From positions 32,001 to 96,000 of IMG/VR virus record IMGVR_UViG_3300032397_000005: DNA of 64,000 bases. One strand, written 5' to 3'. This document shows, piece by piece, positions 36,599 to 46,342 of the stretch (position 1 is the stretch's first letter; each line of letters begins with the position of its first letter). The position numbers were made by a program, and so were the translations under genes. The notes beneath the pieces were generated by a model. That model was not told where the DNA came from, ran no database searches, and was given only the letters and a program-made list of their open reading frames with translations. This DNA comes from a virus.

Positions 36599-38776
36599 TT
36601 GGACCTCGACAGCAAGACAGCCACCGGAATCACGCCGGAGTTCCTGGCGGAGCTCTCCCACGGGGAGTTGATCTTCCTGGCGGACGTCGTGTCTGAGCGG
36701 ACGCTGGAGCCGGTCCTCCGGGAGGACGAGCGGGATCGCGCCCTGGAGACGGAGCTGGCGGAGGGGTTGGACGCGGACTGGACGGCGGACTACGAGCCGG
36801 CGTCGGAGGCGGCGCTTGCGGACCTCCCGGAGGCGGACGTGTCCGTTGAGGAGGTGGACGCGGCGCTCGGGAGGATTGGGGCCAGTCTAGACAAGCGGGA
36901 CACGTCCGGAGCGCGGAAGTTGTTGCTTGGGGCGTTGACCGCGGTGGCCCTCCTGGCGCGCGGGCGGACCCGGGACCGGGTCCGCGTAAAGGACCCCAAG
37001 GCGGCGGCGCAGGTCTCCACTTCCCTCTCCCAGGCGGACAAGGGGGCGATTGAGGCAACTACCAAGGCGCAGCTCTGGTGGATCGGGGACCTCTGGGGGC
37101 AGCACCTCTCCCGGGTGATCCTGGAGACGGTTCGCCGGGAGGCGTTGGTCCGCGGGCTGGGGCGCGCGGACGTGGGGAAGGTCATGGACGGCGTCATCAA
37201 CGCAAAGGTCCCGGCGGCCTTTGTTCCGGATACCTGGAGGGGGAGCAAGGAGGGGTACTTCCGGATGCTCTCCGGGACGGTCAGGTGCCGTGAGAGTACG
37301 TCCAGCGCCCTGTACTCCCTCCGGGAAGCGGGGTTCTCCCGGTACAGGTTCGAGGCGGTCATGGATGAACGCACCTCGGACGTCTGCTTTCGCGCGGGGA
37401 CGCGGGTGTTCTGCGCGGACGGGGAGCGGGACATCTCGGAGGTCCGGGTTGGAGACACCGTTATTTCCGGGCTTGGAGCGCGGAGGAGGGTGCTCAGGAC
37501 CTGGTTGAATGAAGCGGAGGACTGGAGGGTCATAACGCTGACGTCCGGTCGTACGGTTACGGTAACCTCCAATCATCGGTTCCTCACGGTCCGCGGGTGG
37601 CGCCGCGCGGGGGACCTGGAGATTGGAGAGGACCTTGCCGCGCAGGAAGCACGTCCTGAAGAAACTTGCCGGGGTCTGCGAGCACTGCGGGAAGACGTTC
37701 CCCTACACCCCGTCGAAGACCAAGCCGGTCCGGAAGTTCTGCGGGCTTGCATGCTACCACGCCCGCAAGGGCGCGGAGAAGCGGGTCGAGCGAAAGTGCC
37801 TTCAGTGCGGGGAGACCTTCCACCCGTACCGGACTCACGCGGAGCAAGGGCGGGGACTGACCTGCAGCACCGTATGCCGCCGGAGGTTCTTCCGTCGGGG
37901 GCTCCCGCCGGAGGCGCTCGACCGGATCTGCGAGACGTGCGGGAAGACGTTCAGGGTCCGGCCGCTGGAGCACCTTACCGGGAAGGCGCGTCGACACTGC
38001 TCCAACGAGTGCCGGAAGCGGCGCGGATTGATCGTCTGCGAGACCTGCGGGGTAGAGTTCGAGGCAAAGCTGACGAGCGGAGGGATTCCAAGGCGCTTCT
38101 GCTCCCGTCACTGCTACCACTCCCGGAGGACCGCAACGCGGCCGGAGGTGTTCGTTCGAGCGGTCCTCGAGGAGGCGGGTCTGGAGTTCCGCGCGGAGGA
38201 GCCGCTGGGGAGTCTTTTCCTAGACTTCTTTGTTCCGGCGCTCTCCTTGGGGATCGAGGTGGACGGGACGTACTGGCACTCTCGGGAGAACTCACGGGAG
38301 CGGGATTATGCCAAGGAGGAGGCGGTGCGGCGGGTCGGGATTCGACTCCTGCGGATCTCGGAGGAGAACACCCAGGCGCCGGACGCGGAGAAGCGGGTCC
38401 TGCGGAGTATCTTGCGCGCGCTGTTGGAACCGTCCGCGTTGTCTCAAATGCTCCGCTCCGCGTCGTAGACTTCTCCTACAACCTCTCAGTGGACGGTGAC
38501 CCGACCTATGTAGTCGAGGGGGTGATTGTCCATAACTGCCGGGAACTTCACGACCGCGTGTTCGTCGTTAACGACGGCATCGACCTGATGGAGCGGGTGA
38601 ACGTGGCGGACAACCCGGACGCGGTGAAGGACCTGGCCGGGTGGCGAACCGCGGACGACGTTCGCGGGATCATCGGGAAGCAAGATGCGGAGGGGGCCAG
38701 GAAGTCCCTGACGGAGTCCGGGATCATCTGGCCTCCACTCCACGCCAACTGCCGGAGCGTCATCACGCCGGACTGA
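36599..38776 (+). CDS. MuF / SPP1 gp7-like head morphogenesis protein interrupted by an intein
   Basis: Y.FEAVMDERTS.VC..L...VF after intein removal; C-terminal PPLHANCRS. Confidence 0.85.
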   Translation: MDLDSKTATGITPEFLAELSHGELIFLADVVSERTLEPVLREDERDRALETELAEGLDADWTADYEPASEAALADLPEADVSVEEVDAALGRIGASLDKRDTSGARKLLLGALTAVALLARGRTRDRVRVKDPKAAAQVSTSLSQADKGAIEATTKAQLWWIGDLWGQHLSRVILETVRREALVRGLGRADVGKVMDGVINAKVPAAFVPDTWRGSKEGYFRMLSGTVRCRESTSSALYSLREAGFSRYRFEAVMDERTSDVCFRAGTRVFCADGERDISEVRVGDTVISGLGARRRVLRTWLNEAEDWRVITLTSGRTVTVTSNHRFLTVRGWRRAGDLEIGEDLAAQEARPEETCRGLRALREDVPLHPVEDQAGPEVLRACMLPRPQGRGEAGRAKVPSVRGDLPPVPDSRGARAGTDLQHRMPPEVLPSGAPAGGARPDLRDVREDVQGPAAGAPYREGASTLLQRVPEAARIDRLRDLRGRVRGKADERRDSKALLLPSLLPLPEDRNAAGGVRSSGPRGGGSGVPRGGAAGESFPRLLCSGALLGDRGGRDVLALSGELTGAGLCQGGGGAAGRDSTPADLGGEHPGAGRGEAGPAEYLARAVGTVRVVSNAPLRVVDFSYNLSVDGDPTYVVEGVIVHNCRELHDRVFVVNDGIDLMERVNVADNPDAVKDLAGWRTADDVRGIIGKQDAEGARKSLTESGIIWPPLHANCRSVITPD
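37385..38536 (+). mobile_element. intein (384 aa) in MuF
   Basis: block A CFRAGTRV, block B TSNHRFLT..GW..AGDL..G, block F/G YNLSVDGDPTYVVEGVIVHN followed by +1 Cys. Confidence 0.92.
37635..38468 (+). CDS. Vsr/DUF559-like endonuclease with four treble-clef Zn-finger repeats, encoded in the +1 frame inside the intein
   Basis: 4 x CxxCG..F...CS/GxxC; PE...L, DF, IEVDGTYWH, RD..K, G..LLRISE; GGAGAGG RBS before TTG at 37635. Confidence 0.85.
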   Translation: MPRRKHVLKKLAGVCEHCGKTFPYTPSKTKPVRKFCGLACYHARKGAEKRVERKCLQCGETFHPYRTHAEQGRGLTCSTVCRRRFFRRGLPPEALDRICETCGKTFRVRPLEHLTGKARRHCSNECRKRRGLIVCETCGVEFEAKLTSGGIPRRFCSRHCYHSRRTATRPEVFVRAVLEEAGLEFRAEEPLGSLFLDFFVPALSLGIEVDGTYWHSRENSRERDYAKEEAVRRVGIRLLRISEENTQAPDAEKRVLRSILRALLEPSALSQMLRSAS

Positions 38777-38786
38777 GGAGGAGTAC

Positions 38787-40433
38787 GTGAACAAGCAGGT
38801 GACGGTACAGACCCTGATCTTGGCCAAGGAGACCTTCCCAACGGCGGCGGATGCCACAAAGTGGGTCACGGATCACGACTTTAAGGTCAAAGACGGTGCT
38901 CCGGACGAGACGGAGAGCTCCTGGCGCTACCGTCAGCGGGAGCCGGGTGAGTTCCAGGAGGGGACCTTTCGGACCATAGACATGACGGATGGCGTCCAGG
39001 CCGTGGTCGGACGCCTCAAGGAGGAGAAGATGAGAAGGAACGAGGAGTCGGTGGCGCGCGGGAACGCCCTCCTGCTTCCGCTGAACCTGTCCGTCGACAA
39101 CGTCCACGACCTTGAGTTCGCGGTGGATAAGTTCCGGCAGGCATCTGCGGCCAGGGCCTGGGCGGAGAATCACGGGATGGTTCCGCGGGAGGTCAAGGTC
39201 CGGGCGGACGCGATCTTCGCGGAGATCCTCCCGGCGGATGCATTTGTCTTTGCGACGCTTCGCCGGGAGAAGGTCACCAGGGACGTCTTTGCGGTGGTCG
39301 GGGATCGCGTTGCTGAGATCAATGCTCTCCACGTGGTTCCGGACGCCGACGCTTCGATGGAGGAGAAGCGGGATGTCCAGGAGGTGGATGATCCCTCCCC
39401 GGTGAGGAAGCGAGCGGAGCTCCACGTCCTGAAGGCTAAGGATGCGGCGGATCCAATGGCGGAGGTCCGGATGTTTGGGATCGTCATGAAGCCAGACGTC
39501 CCGGACATCGAGGGGGACGTTACGTCTGTAGAGGAGATCATACAGGCGAACGACCTGTTCATGCGGGAGTTTGGGACCGTTGGCTTCATGCATAAGAAGG
39601 ACGTGACCGAGAAGGTCTCCATCATCCAGAACGTGATTGCTCCGATCGACTTCGACTTCCCGATCGACGACGGGGGGAGCAAGTCGATTGGGAAGGGAAC
39701 GTGGTATCAGGAGCTCTACACGGCAGATGCGGAGCTGGTCAAGCGTATCCGGGAGAGGAAGTTAAACGGGCTCTCCATCGGGGGCTTTGCGCGGCGGGTG
39801 TCGGTGGACGGGGAGGGGGAGGTTCAGGAGGCGGTGGGGAAGCGGTCTCCGGAGCACCTGGGGAAGGCAGAGGGGGACACCCCAAAATCACGATTTGTCA
39901 ACCTTCGCGTCGAGGAGGTGTCCATCGTGGACGCAGCCGCCAACGAGGAGGAGTTCTTCATCATCAAACGGAGGAAAGACATGAGTACGAATCAGGAAAC
40001 GCAGATGGCGGTGGCGCTGGTGGAACAGGTGGGGGCGGTCATCCTACCGGTGACGCCCACGTCACCGGTTGTTCCGGTGGCGGCGGCCGCACCCGCGGCG
40101 GTCACTCCGCCGACTCCGGCGGTCACTCCGCCGACTCCGGCGGTCACTCCGCCGACTCCAGCTGTTCCGGTGTCGGAGCCGGTGGACGTGGCAAAGGCGG
40201 TCCAGTCGGCCGTGAGCTCGGCCGTGGAGAAGGGTATCGCCCCGATCGTGGAGCGGCTCGACGCCGTCGAGAAGCGGCTCAGTGAGCAGGCAACGATCCG
40301 GGCGGCGGCCAAGGGGGAGTCCGTTCCGGAGACCACGGCGCGTCCGGCGGAAGCACCGGCGCAGAAGTCGAAGTGGGCGGGGACGGCGGTTCACAACGTC
40401 GTATCTCGCGCGCAGCAGAGGAAACCCGCCTAG
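38787..40433 (+). CDS. XkdF-like prohead protease / scaffold protein
   Basis: GIV..PD..D.EGD, MH, GTW, GLSIGG and EVSIVD.AAN motifs; Pro/Ala-rich C-terminal scaffold. Confidence 0.8.
   Translation: MNKQVTVQTLILAKETFPTAADATKWVTDHDFKVKDGAPDETESSWRYRQREPGEFQEGTFRTIDMTDGVQAVVGRLKEEKMRRNEESVARGNALLLPLNLSVDNVHDLEFAVDKFRQASAARAWAENHGMVPREVKVRADAIFAEILPADAFVFATLRREKVTRDVFAVVGDRVAEINALHVVPDADASMEEKRDVQEVDDPSPVRKRAELHVLKAKDAADPMAEVRMFGIVMKPDVPDIEGDVTSVEEIIQANDLFMREFGTVGFMHKKDVTEKVSIIQNVIAPIDFDFPIDDGGSKSIGKGTWYQELYTADAELVKRIRERKLNGLSIGGFARRVSVDGEGEVQEAVGKRSPEHLGKAEGDTPKSRFVNLRVEEVSIVDAAANEEEFFIIKRRKDMSTNQETQMAVALVEQVGAVILPVTPTSPVVPVAAAAPAAVTPPTPAVTPPTPAVTPPTPAVPVSEPVDVAKAVQSAVSSAVEKGIAPIVERLDAVEKRLSEQATIRAAAKGESVPETTARPAEAPAQKSKWAGTAVHNVVSRAQQRKPA
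40097..40159 (+). repeat. 3 x 21-bp coding repeat (AVTPPTP)
   Basis: ggcggtcactccgccgactcc x3. Confidence 0.9.
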
Positions 40434-40496
40434 CGACCGGCGAGGTCCGCGGGCACCAACCGTCCGGCAACGCCGGCATATTTAGGAGAAGAGGAA

Positions 40497-41690
40497 ATGA
40501 CGAATGAGGAGCTGGTTCAGAAGGCGATCATCACGACCGCTGACATCGCTTCCGCGGGGAAGCTCAACGACCTGCAGGCGGACGTCTTCATCGACTTCGT
40601 GATCGACGTCACGGAGCTCAAGGGATCCGTCCGCGTTGTGCGGTTCCGAAACGAGTCGATGGCCATCGACAAGATTGGCGTTGGTCAGCGGGTATCCGTC
40701 CCGAAGGAGGAGGCCAAGGACCCGGGGCTGCGCCGGGGAGTCACCACCTCGAAGATCAACTTGACCCCGAAGGAGATCATGACCCCCTTCGAGATCTCGG
40801 ACAACTTCGCGGAGCTCAACATCGAGGGGGAGGCGGTTGAGGACACCGTCGTTCGCCTGATGGCAACGCAGACCGCAAACGACATCGAGGAGGTGATGGT
40901 CAATGGGGACGTCCTTGGTCCGGCGCGGATCGAGGCGGATCTCCTGAACGGCGGATCCACCACTCAGGTCATCAAGGATACCTTCGTGGCCCTGTTTGAC
41001 GGGTGGCTCCGTCTCCTGGACGCCGGGAACATCTACGACGGGCTCGGCGCCAACATCTCGAGCAAGATCTTCTCCTCGATGATCAAGAAGATGCCGGTGA
41101 AGTTCCGGCGGACGCGGCGCAACCTGCGCTTCCTCATGTCACTCGACATGGAGCAGAACTGGCGGGAGAAGATCGCCTCCCGCGCCACCGCCGGCGGAGA
41201 CGCGGCAATCACCTCTGCCAGCGCGATCCCGGTCTTCGGGGTCCCGATGGTTCCGGTGCCCCTCCTTGAGCCGGACCCGCGCGTGGTCCAGCACCTGGTC
41301 TTCGGGGCGGCTCCGGTCACGGTTGCCCTTCGCTACAACCACATCGGGACGGAGATGAGCATCGTCCTCTCGACGCTCGGCGCCTCCCCAACCACCCCCT
41401 ACATCGAGAACACGGACTATACCGTGGACCGGACGCTCGGCACGGTGACCAACGTGGCGGGGCAGGCGATGGCCGCCGGTGGGACCTACAAGGTCACCTA
41501 CCGGAGCGGCTCTCAGATCATCCTCTGTGACTTTCAGAACCTGATCCTGGGGATCGGGCGGGACATCCGGATCGAGTCGGATCGGGACATCTACAAGGGG
41601 ACGAATCAGTTCGCCATCACGACCAAGATCGCCGTCCAGGTGGAGGAGGTGACCGCGACGGTCAAGGGCATCAACATCGGGCTCGACTAG
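40497..41690 (+). CDS. major capsid protein (HK97 fold) with inserted beta domain
   Basis: GKLN..QA..FI, NIEG..VE, D.E....NGD, DGWL motifs; strong RBS; position after protease. Confidence 0.88.
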   Translation: MTNEELVQKAIITTADIASAGKLNDLQADVFIDFVIDVTELKGSVRVVRFRNESMAIDKIGVGQRVSVPKEEAKDPGLRRGVTTSKINLTPKEIMTPFEISDNFAELNIEGEAVEDTVVRLMATQTANDIEEVMVNGDVLGPARIEADLLNGGSTTQVIKDTFVALFDGWLRLLDAGNIYDGLGANISSKIFSSMIKKMPVKFRRTRRNLRFLMSLDMEQNWREKIASRATAGGDAAITSASAIPVFGVPMVPVPLLEPDPRVVQHLVFGAAPVTVALRYNHIGTEMSIVLSTLGASPTTPYIENTDYTVDRTLGTVTNVAGQAMAAGGTYKVTYRSGSQIILCDFQNLILGIGRDIRIESDRDIYKGTNQFAITTKIAVQVEEVTATVKGINIGLD

Positions 41691-41705
41691 GCCGAGGGCG
41701 AGAAC

Positions 41706-41729
41706 CGCGGACCGGGGATCCCGCGTTTT
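41706..41729 (+). terminator. possible intrinsic terminator after the capsid gene
   Basis: cgcgga...tcccgcg stem followed by TTTT. Confidence 0.4.
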
Positions 41730-41766
41730 GACTTGACGCGGGTCACTTGCCCGCACGGAGGACCAG

Positions 41767-42093
41767 ATGACCAAGAACCACATCACTACGCGCCGGACGT
41801 CACCGCGGACCGATGCGGCGGAGGAGATGGCAAAGGTCACGTCCACCGAGTCTAAGGTGGTTGAGCCGAAGTTGAAGCGGATCGTTCCGGAACCGGAGGT
41901 GGTTCCGGAGGAGGCGCTGGCGGCGCCCCAGGTGGTCCGCCCAATGACCGTGGAGCTCGTGGAGGGATCCTCCTATGAGCTCCGTGGTGTTCGGTTCTAC
42001 GCCAAGAGACCGGTGGTTGTGGTCGACGAGCGACTCCTCTCCGAACTGAAGTTCAACTCACGGTTCAAGGTGACCGGCGTAGGAGGGGACTAG
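41767..42093 (+). CDS. hypothetical head-associated protein
   Basis: GGAGG RBS. Confidence 0.65.
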   Translation: MTKNHITTRRTSPRTDAAEEMAKVTSTESKVVEPKLKRIVPEPEVVPEEALAAPQVVRPMTVELVEGSSYELRGVRFYAKRPVVVVDERLLSELKFNSRFKVTGVGGD

Positions 42094-42546
42094 ATGAACA
42101 GAGCAATCGTTACGCTCCGCTCTGCTCCCTCGGTGTCAATCGACATCCCGGCGCAGGAGGAAGACGCGAAGCAGATTCAGCGGAGCTGCTTCGGGGCCAT
42201 CCGCCTGTTTCCCGGGGTACCGAAGGCAGTCACGAAGGACGAGCTGGATCACATCAAGGCGACGATGCCGGAGGTCTTCCTCCGGCTGACCATCCAACCG
42301 TACGTCGAGAGCAAGCGTGTGGACCTGCGGGGGGTGGCCGAGGCGGACGTCTCCAAGCTGGCCGCGGAGGAGGGGATCGAGCACCTGAGTCACGCTCGGC
42401 AGGTGGATCTCCTGAGGGAACGCGGGCAAATCGCGAGACCGGCGCATCGAGGCGTTCAGTCTCAGGACCACGACGTCACCGAACAACCGGTGGTAGTCAG
42501 GAAGCCGGTGGCCAAGCGCGTCAGGTCCGGGAACGGCAACAAGTAG
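42094..42546 (+). CDS. hypothetical protein
   Basis: GGAGG RBS. Confidence 0.65.
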   Translation: MNRAIVTLRSAPSVSIDIPAQEEDAKQIQRSCFGAIRLFPGVPKAVTKDELDHIKATMPEVFLRLTIQPYVESKRVDLRGVAEADVSKLAAEEGIEHLSHARQVDLLRERGQIARPAHRGVQSQDHDVTEQPVVVRKPVAKRVRSGNGNK

Positions 42547-42555
42547 CTTCGGCAC

Positions 42556-42903
42556 TTGCTCTACGTCAGCCTGCGCAACGGGACAACAACGTCCTTTGAC
42601 TTGGGAGATCCGGACGGGTTCCGGGCCTGGGAGATCCTTGCCTCCGACCCGTCCGGTCTGACCGGACTGGCGTTGTCCGCGGACGGGTACCGGGCGGATC
42701 TCCCGCTCCCGAGGAGGTTCCGGGAGCTCCGCTTCTCGGCGGAGGTCCTCCGGGGCGCGGACGGGGTGGCCACCGCGGAGAGGATCCTGGCCGTGGCGGA
42801 CGGGGTGGTCCTCTCCCTCACAATGCGGCTAAACGGGCGGGTTGGTAGGTTTAGAGTTGATCTGGACAAGCGTGGGAAGGCACGCTGGGTTCCTCCCTCA
42901 TAA
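42556..42903 (+). CDS. hypothetical protein
   Basis: ORF in operon. Confidence 0.5.
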   Translation: MLYVSLRNGTTTSFDLGDPDGFRAWEILASDPSGLTGLALSADGYRADLPLPRRFRELRFSAEVLRGADGVATAERILAVADGVVLSLTMRLNGRVGRFRVDLDKRGKARWVPPS

Positions 42904-42974
42904 TGGTAACCACCCACCCCGTCTCGGTCCTACCCTAGAATCAATCGCTTGTTAAAATCTAAACGGAGAGTGAA

Positions 42975-44690
42975 ATGACCGTTTCCAGGCTTCGTCAGGA
43001 GCAGATGCACACGGAGGGGTCCGCCATCAACGACGCGTTGACCCCGACCGACCACGACGCAAACGCGGTGGACCTTGCGGACACCGTCAGTCACCTGGCC
43101 TCCCAGATTGCGGACATCACGGGGGAGGCCACCTGGGAAGCGGCTCCGGACGCCACGATTGCCGCGATTGTGGCCAAGACGTTCCTCGATGAGAAGTTGG
43201 CGGACCGGGAGCTCCAGCTGCTCACGGACATCACGATTGCGAACGCGAAGAACTACAAGATTCTGGTCGTGGCCACGAATGAGTTGCCGGCGGGTGGGTT
43301 GAACAAGAAGGCGATTGCCACGACCGTGACGGGACTCGTGTCCGCGGAGCACGGTGGGAGCTTTGGCGCGGCACACTCCCTGCTGGAGATCGCCGGGGAT
43401 AACGCGATCAACCCGGAGAACCTCTTGGCGGTGGTGGACGCCAGCACCGGTGACCCCATCTTCTCAGACGGGCGCATTGTCTGGGGTCTCCTCCAGCACG
43501 AGGCCGGCGCGACGGACGCGGCCGCGTTCACGGATACCACGCCGGAGCGGGCTCAGCTCTCCCTGGTGAGGGTGAACGCCACTCACGACGACCTCGAGGC
43601 GGCGGCCGTGGCGGACGTTGAGGACAAGGTCATCAACGTCGCCTTCACGGACCGGAAGTACCTGGATGACTGGACCCGGATGAGCTTCCTCCGGAGGTCC
43701 CCGTTCGTCGACGTGGGCGCCGGGGCGGTGGTCAACACCCTGAACACGGCCATCGACAACCAGGGCGCAACGCCGGCCACTCAGGCCACGGCGGTCTACT
43801 GGCGCATCGCCGACGCCGTGGCGCTGGTCTTCGAGACATCCGACGGGGGCGTGGACCTCCTCTCCCTCTCTCCGGCGGCGGCCGGGGACGCGGTGGCCAT
43901 CAACTGCAACTCCCTGGACATCAACGTCGGTGCCAGCGGAACCGCGGACGTTGACAACGGGATCACAGTCGACTCCGGCGGGACCCCGATCAACCTGGGC
44001 GTGACTGCGGGGCAGATCGACGCGGGGGCGGCGGGCATCACGGTCCTTTCCTCCGGGGCGGTGGCCAGGTTGGACGGCGTGGGCGTGACCCTGGACGCAA
44101 ACGCGGGGAACGTGGTGGCGGACGGCGTGGTCCTGGACGTGGACGTGACGGACGCCTCCCACATCATCCAGGCGGCAAACTCCGCGGACGCCAAGTCGCT
44201 CACGATTGCGTCGCGGAACGCCGGGGCGGGAGTTGGGCACCTGGTGCTTGAGGCGGATGAGAACATCACGTTTGAGACCAAGAATCAGGCGGCGGCGCTC
44301 CCGCTGGACGACGACACCGCCGGGGCGATCTCCGCGCTGGCGGGCGGGCCCCACGCGTCCATCGCGGCGGCCATCAAGTACGCCATACTGAGCGGAGGCG
44401 TTGGTCTGACGGGGGCCTTCCTGTTCGTCTCCGGCGGCGCGTACGCCATGGGAGCCAACGTCCCGGCGGCCACGTTCGACCAGACCGGGTACACGATGAC
44501 AATGGGTTCCGGCGGGGCGGTGTCCGCGACGATGATGGTGTTCCTCAACGGGCGGCTCCTCCGTGGAGGGGCGGCCACTGGTACCGGGGACGTCTACCCG
44601 GGGACCACACCCGCTTCTGGGGACGTGAAGTTCGACTTCCCCAAGGGCATCAAGACGGGAGACATCATCCTGTCGCTTGGGTTCTCTTAG
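42975..44690 (+). CDS. Ala/Gly/Thr-rich virion structural protein (fibre/decoration-like)
   Basis: composition; C-terminal VFLNG..L...DVY..GD..F...GD motif. Confidence 0.65.
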   Translation: MTVSRLRQEQMHTEGSAINDALTPTDHDANAVDLADTVSHLASQIADITGEATWEAAPDATIAAIVAKTFLDEKLADRELQLLTDITIANAKNYKILVVATNELPAGGLNKKAIATTVTGLVSAEHGGSFGAAHSLLEIAGDNAINPENLLAVVDASTGDPIFSDGRIVWGLLQHEAGATDAAAFTDTTPERAQLSLVRVNATHDDLEAAAVADVEDKVINVAFTDRKYLDDWTRMSFLRRSPFVDVGAGAVVNTLNTAIDNQGATPATQATAVYWRIADAVALVFETSDGGVDLLSLSPAAAGDAVAINCNSLDINVGASGTADVDNGITVDSGGTPINLGVTAGQIDAGAAGITVLSSGAVARLDGVGVTLDANAGNVVADGVVLDVDVTDASHIIQAANSADAKSLTIASRNAGAGVGHLVLEADENITFETKNQAAALPLDDDTAGAISALAGGPHASIAAAIKYAILSGGVGLTGAFLFVSGGAYAMGANVPAATFDQTGYTMTMGSGGAVSATMMVFLNGRLLRGGAATGTGDVYPGTTPASGDVKFDFPKGIKTGDIILSLGFS

Positions 44691-44772
44691 GCCAACCTTT
44701 TCACCCCGGGCGGGATGATCTAGGGTTCCTCCCAACGAGTCACCCGCCGAGGTGACGGATAGGAGGAGGATC

Positions 44773-45396
44773 ATGCCACTTAAACTCATTGCGCAACTCG
44801 ACGCCGCGTTCGTCGACCTTGGTGACTTCAGGAGGGAACTGGCGGGGGTGCCAATCTACCTGGATCGGGCGGAGACATCCGCGCGCGTGTTCCGGGAGAT
44901 CCGCGGCAAGCTGGCGGAGGTTGCCCCGAACCTCTACGAGCTGAAGGGCGTTGCGGCTGGTTTGCGGCAGGCGGAACCCGTGGTCCGGCAGTACTCCGAG
45001 ATTGTCAAGCAGGGGATCAAGGACGAGAAGTTTGACCCGGCGCTTGGGAAGGAGTTGATCTCGATCATTTCCCGGGCGGTGGACTCCCTCCGGGAGGTGG
45101 CGGAGTCTCGGAGCATGGAGCTGAGTCGAGTTGCCGGGAAGGTGGACGGGCTCTACCTGGCGGCCAAGACCGCTTTTTCGGAGCTGACAAACGTCATTGC
45201 GGCGAACCACCGCGCGGTGGAGGTGGAGAAGGACGCCGAGGACGGCGACTGGAGCGGACGTGGGACGGAGAACGGTCAGCGACCGGTGGGGACCTCCGGC
45301 GGGAACGGTGACCTGGGGAACGGAGCGCAGGTGGTTCCAATCAAGGCCAAGAGACAGCGGTCCACGCGCGTCAAGCGCGCATCCCCGGAGGCGTAG
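44773..45396 (+). CDS. hypothetical coiled-coil protein
   Basis: AGGAGG RBS before ATG at 44773. Confidence 0.65.
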   Translation: MPLKLIAQLDAAFVDLGDFRRELAGVPIYLDRAETSARVFREIRGKLAEVAPNLYELKGVAAGLRQAEPVVRQYSEIVKQGIKDEKFDPALGKELISIISRAVDSLREVAESRSMELSRVAGKVDGLYLAAKTAFSELTNVIAANHRAVEVEKDAEDGDWSGRGTENGQRPVGTSGGNGDLGNGAQVVPIKAKRQRSTRVKRASPEA

Positions 45397-45398
45397 GA

Positions 45399-46340
45399 AT
45401 GGGCGTCACTCCGGACAGGTTCCCCGGACCTACCGTTGAGGACGAGGAGGTACTCCTCAGCGAGCAGATAACCGGCGCAACTCCCACCGCGGCGGGGGCG
45501 TTCCTCTACGTAGATGGGGCGTTCAAGTTTCGGGACGGGCTTGGGAACTTCGACCCGCGGGACGGCATTGCCGGGATTGCGATCCCGACCCTACTTGACA
45601 AGAGGTTGGTCTGCCTGGTCACGGACTCGGACTTTGACAAGGCGACAAACTCCACCATCAGCGCAACGCCGGCGTTTGGGAGCTACGTCCAGGTCATGGT
45701 CAACGGGGTTCAGGCGGACCTTGGGGACGGCGTGAAGACCAAGGATTGCTACTTCTCCGGGGACGCCGGGACCACGGCGCGGGCAATCGAGGACGTGGTG
45801 GCGGGGGACACGATTCACTGGGTGGGGTCCGTGGCGGGATTCGAGCTGGACGCGGACGATCGGCTCGACTTCAACTACGTTGCGGTTGGGGCGGGCTCCC
45901 AGATCGTGGCTGTGGAGGTGGTGGAGGCCAGCCAGCCGTCCGCTCTGCTGGCAAACGGCGTGCGGTACGTTCCGTTGGTCAAGGGCGAGACGGACTGGGT
46001 CCAGTTTCAGTTCCTGGTCCCGGCCTTCGTGTCCACCGTCACCCTGCACGTCCACTACCACATGAGCGCGGCGAACGCGGGGGACGTGGAGCTCCACCTG
46101 GACACGCTGGCGGTGTCCCCGACGGACGACCCCACGGCGGCGCTGGTTGGCGGGGACGAGTTCGTGGTCACGCCCGGGAACGACGTCCTGATGCACGTCA
46201 TCAGCGACGGGGACGACGCCTCCCTAGCCATCGACGTGATGCCCGGGGACCTCTTAATCTGCAAGCTCCAGCGGACGGCGGACGCGCAGGACACGCACAC
46301 CGGGGACGTTCGGATCACCGGCATCTCGGCGGAGGTGTAG
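45399..46340 (+). CDS. putative virion structural protein
   Basis: beta-rich acidic ORF in the structural region. Confidence 0.6.
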   Translation: MGVTPDRFPGPTVEDEEVLLSEQITGATPTAAGAFLYVDGAFKFRDGLGNFDPRDGIAGIAIPTLLDKRLVCLVTDSDFDKATNSTISATPAFGSYVQVMVNGVQADLGDGVKTKDCYFSGDAGTTARAIEDVVAGDTIHWVGSVAGFELDADDRLDFNYVAVGAGSQIVAVEVVEASQPSALLANGVRYVPLVKGETDWVQFQFLVPAFVSTVTLHVHYHMSAANAGDVELHLDTLAVSPTDDPTAALVGGDEFVVTPGNDVLMHVISDGDDASLAIDVMPGDLLICKLQRTADAQDTHTGDVRITGISAEV

Positions 46341-46342
46341 CC

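Noticed and set aside
31990-44730. CTAGGGTTC at about 31990 and 44720 as a late promoter motif
   Set aside because: Only two clear copies; not distinguishable from chance by eye.
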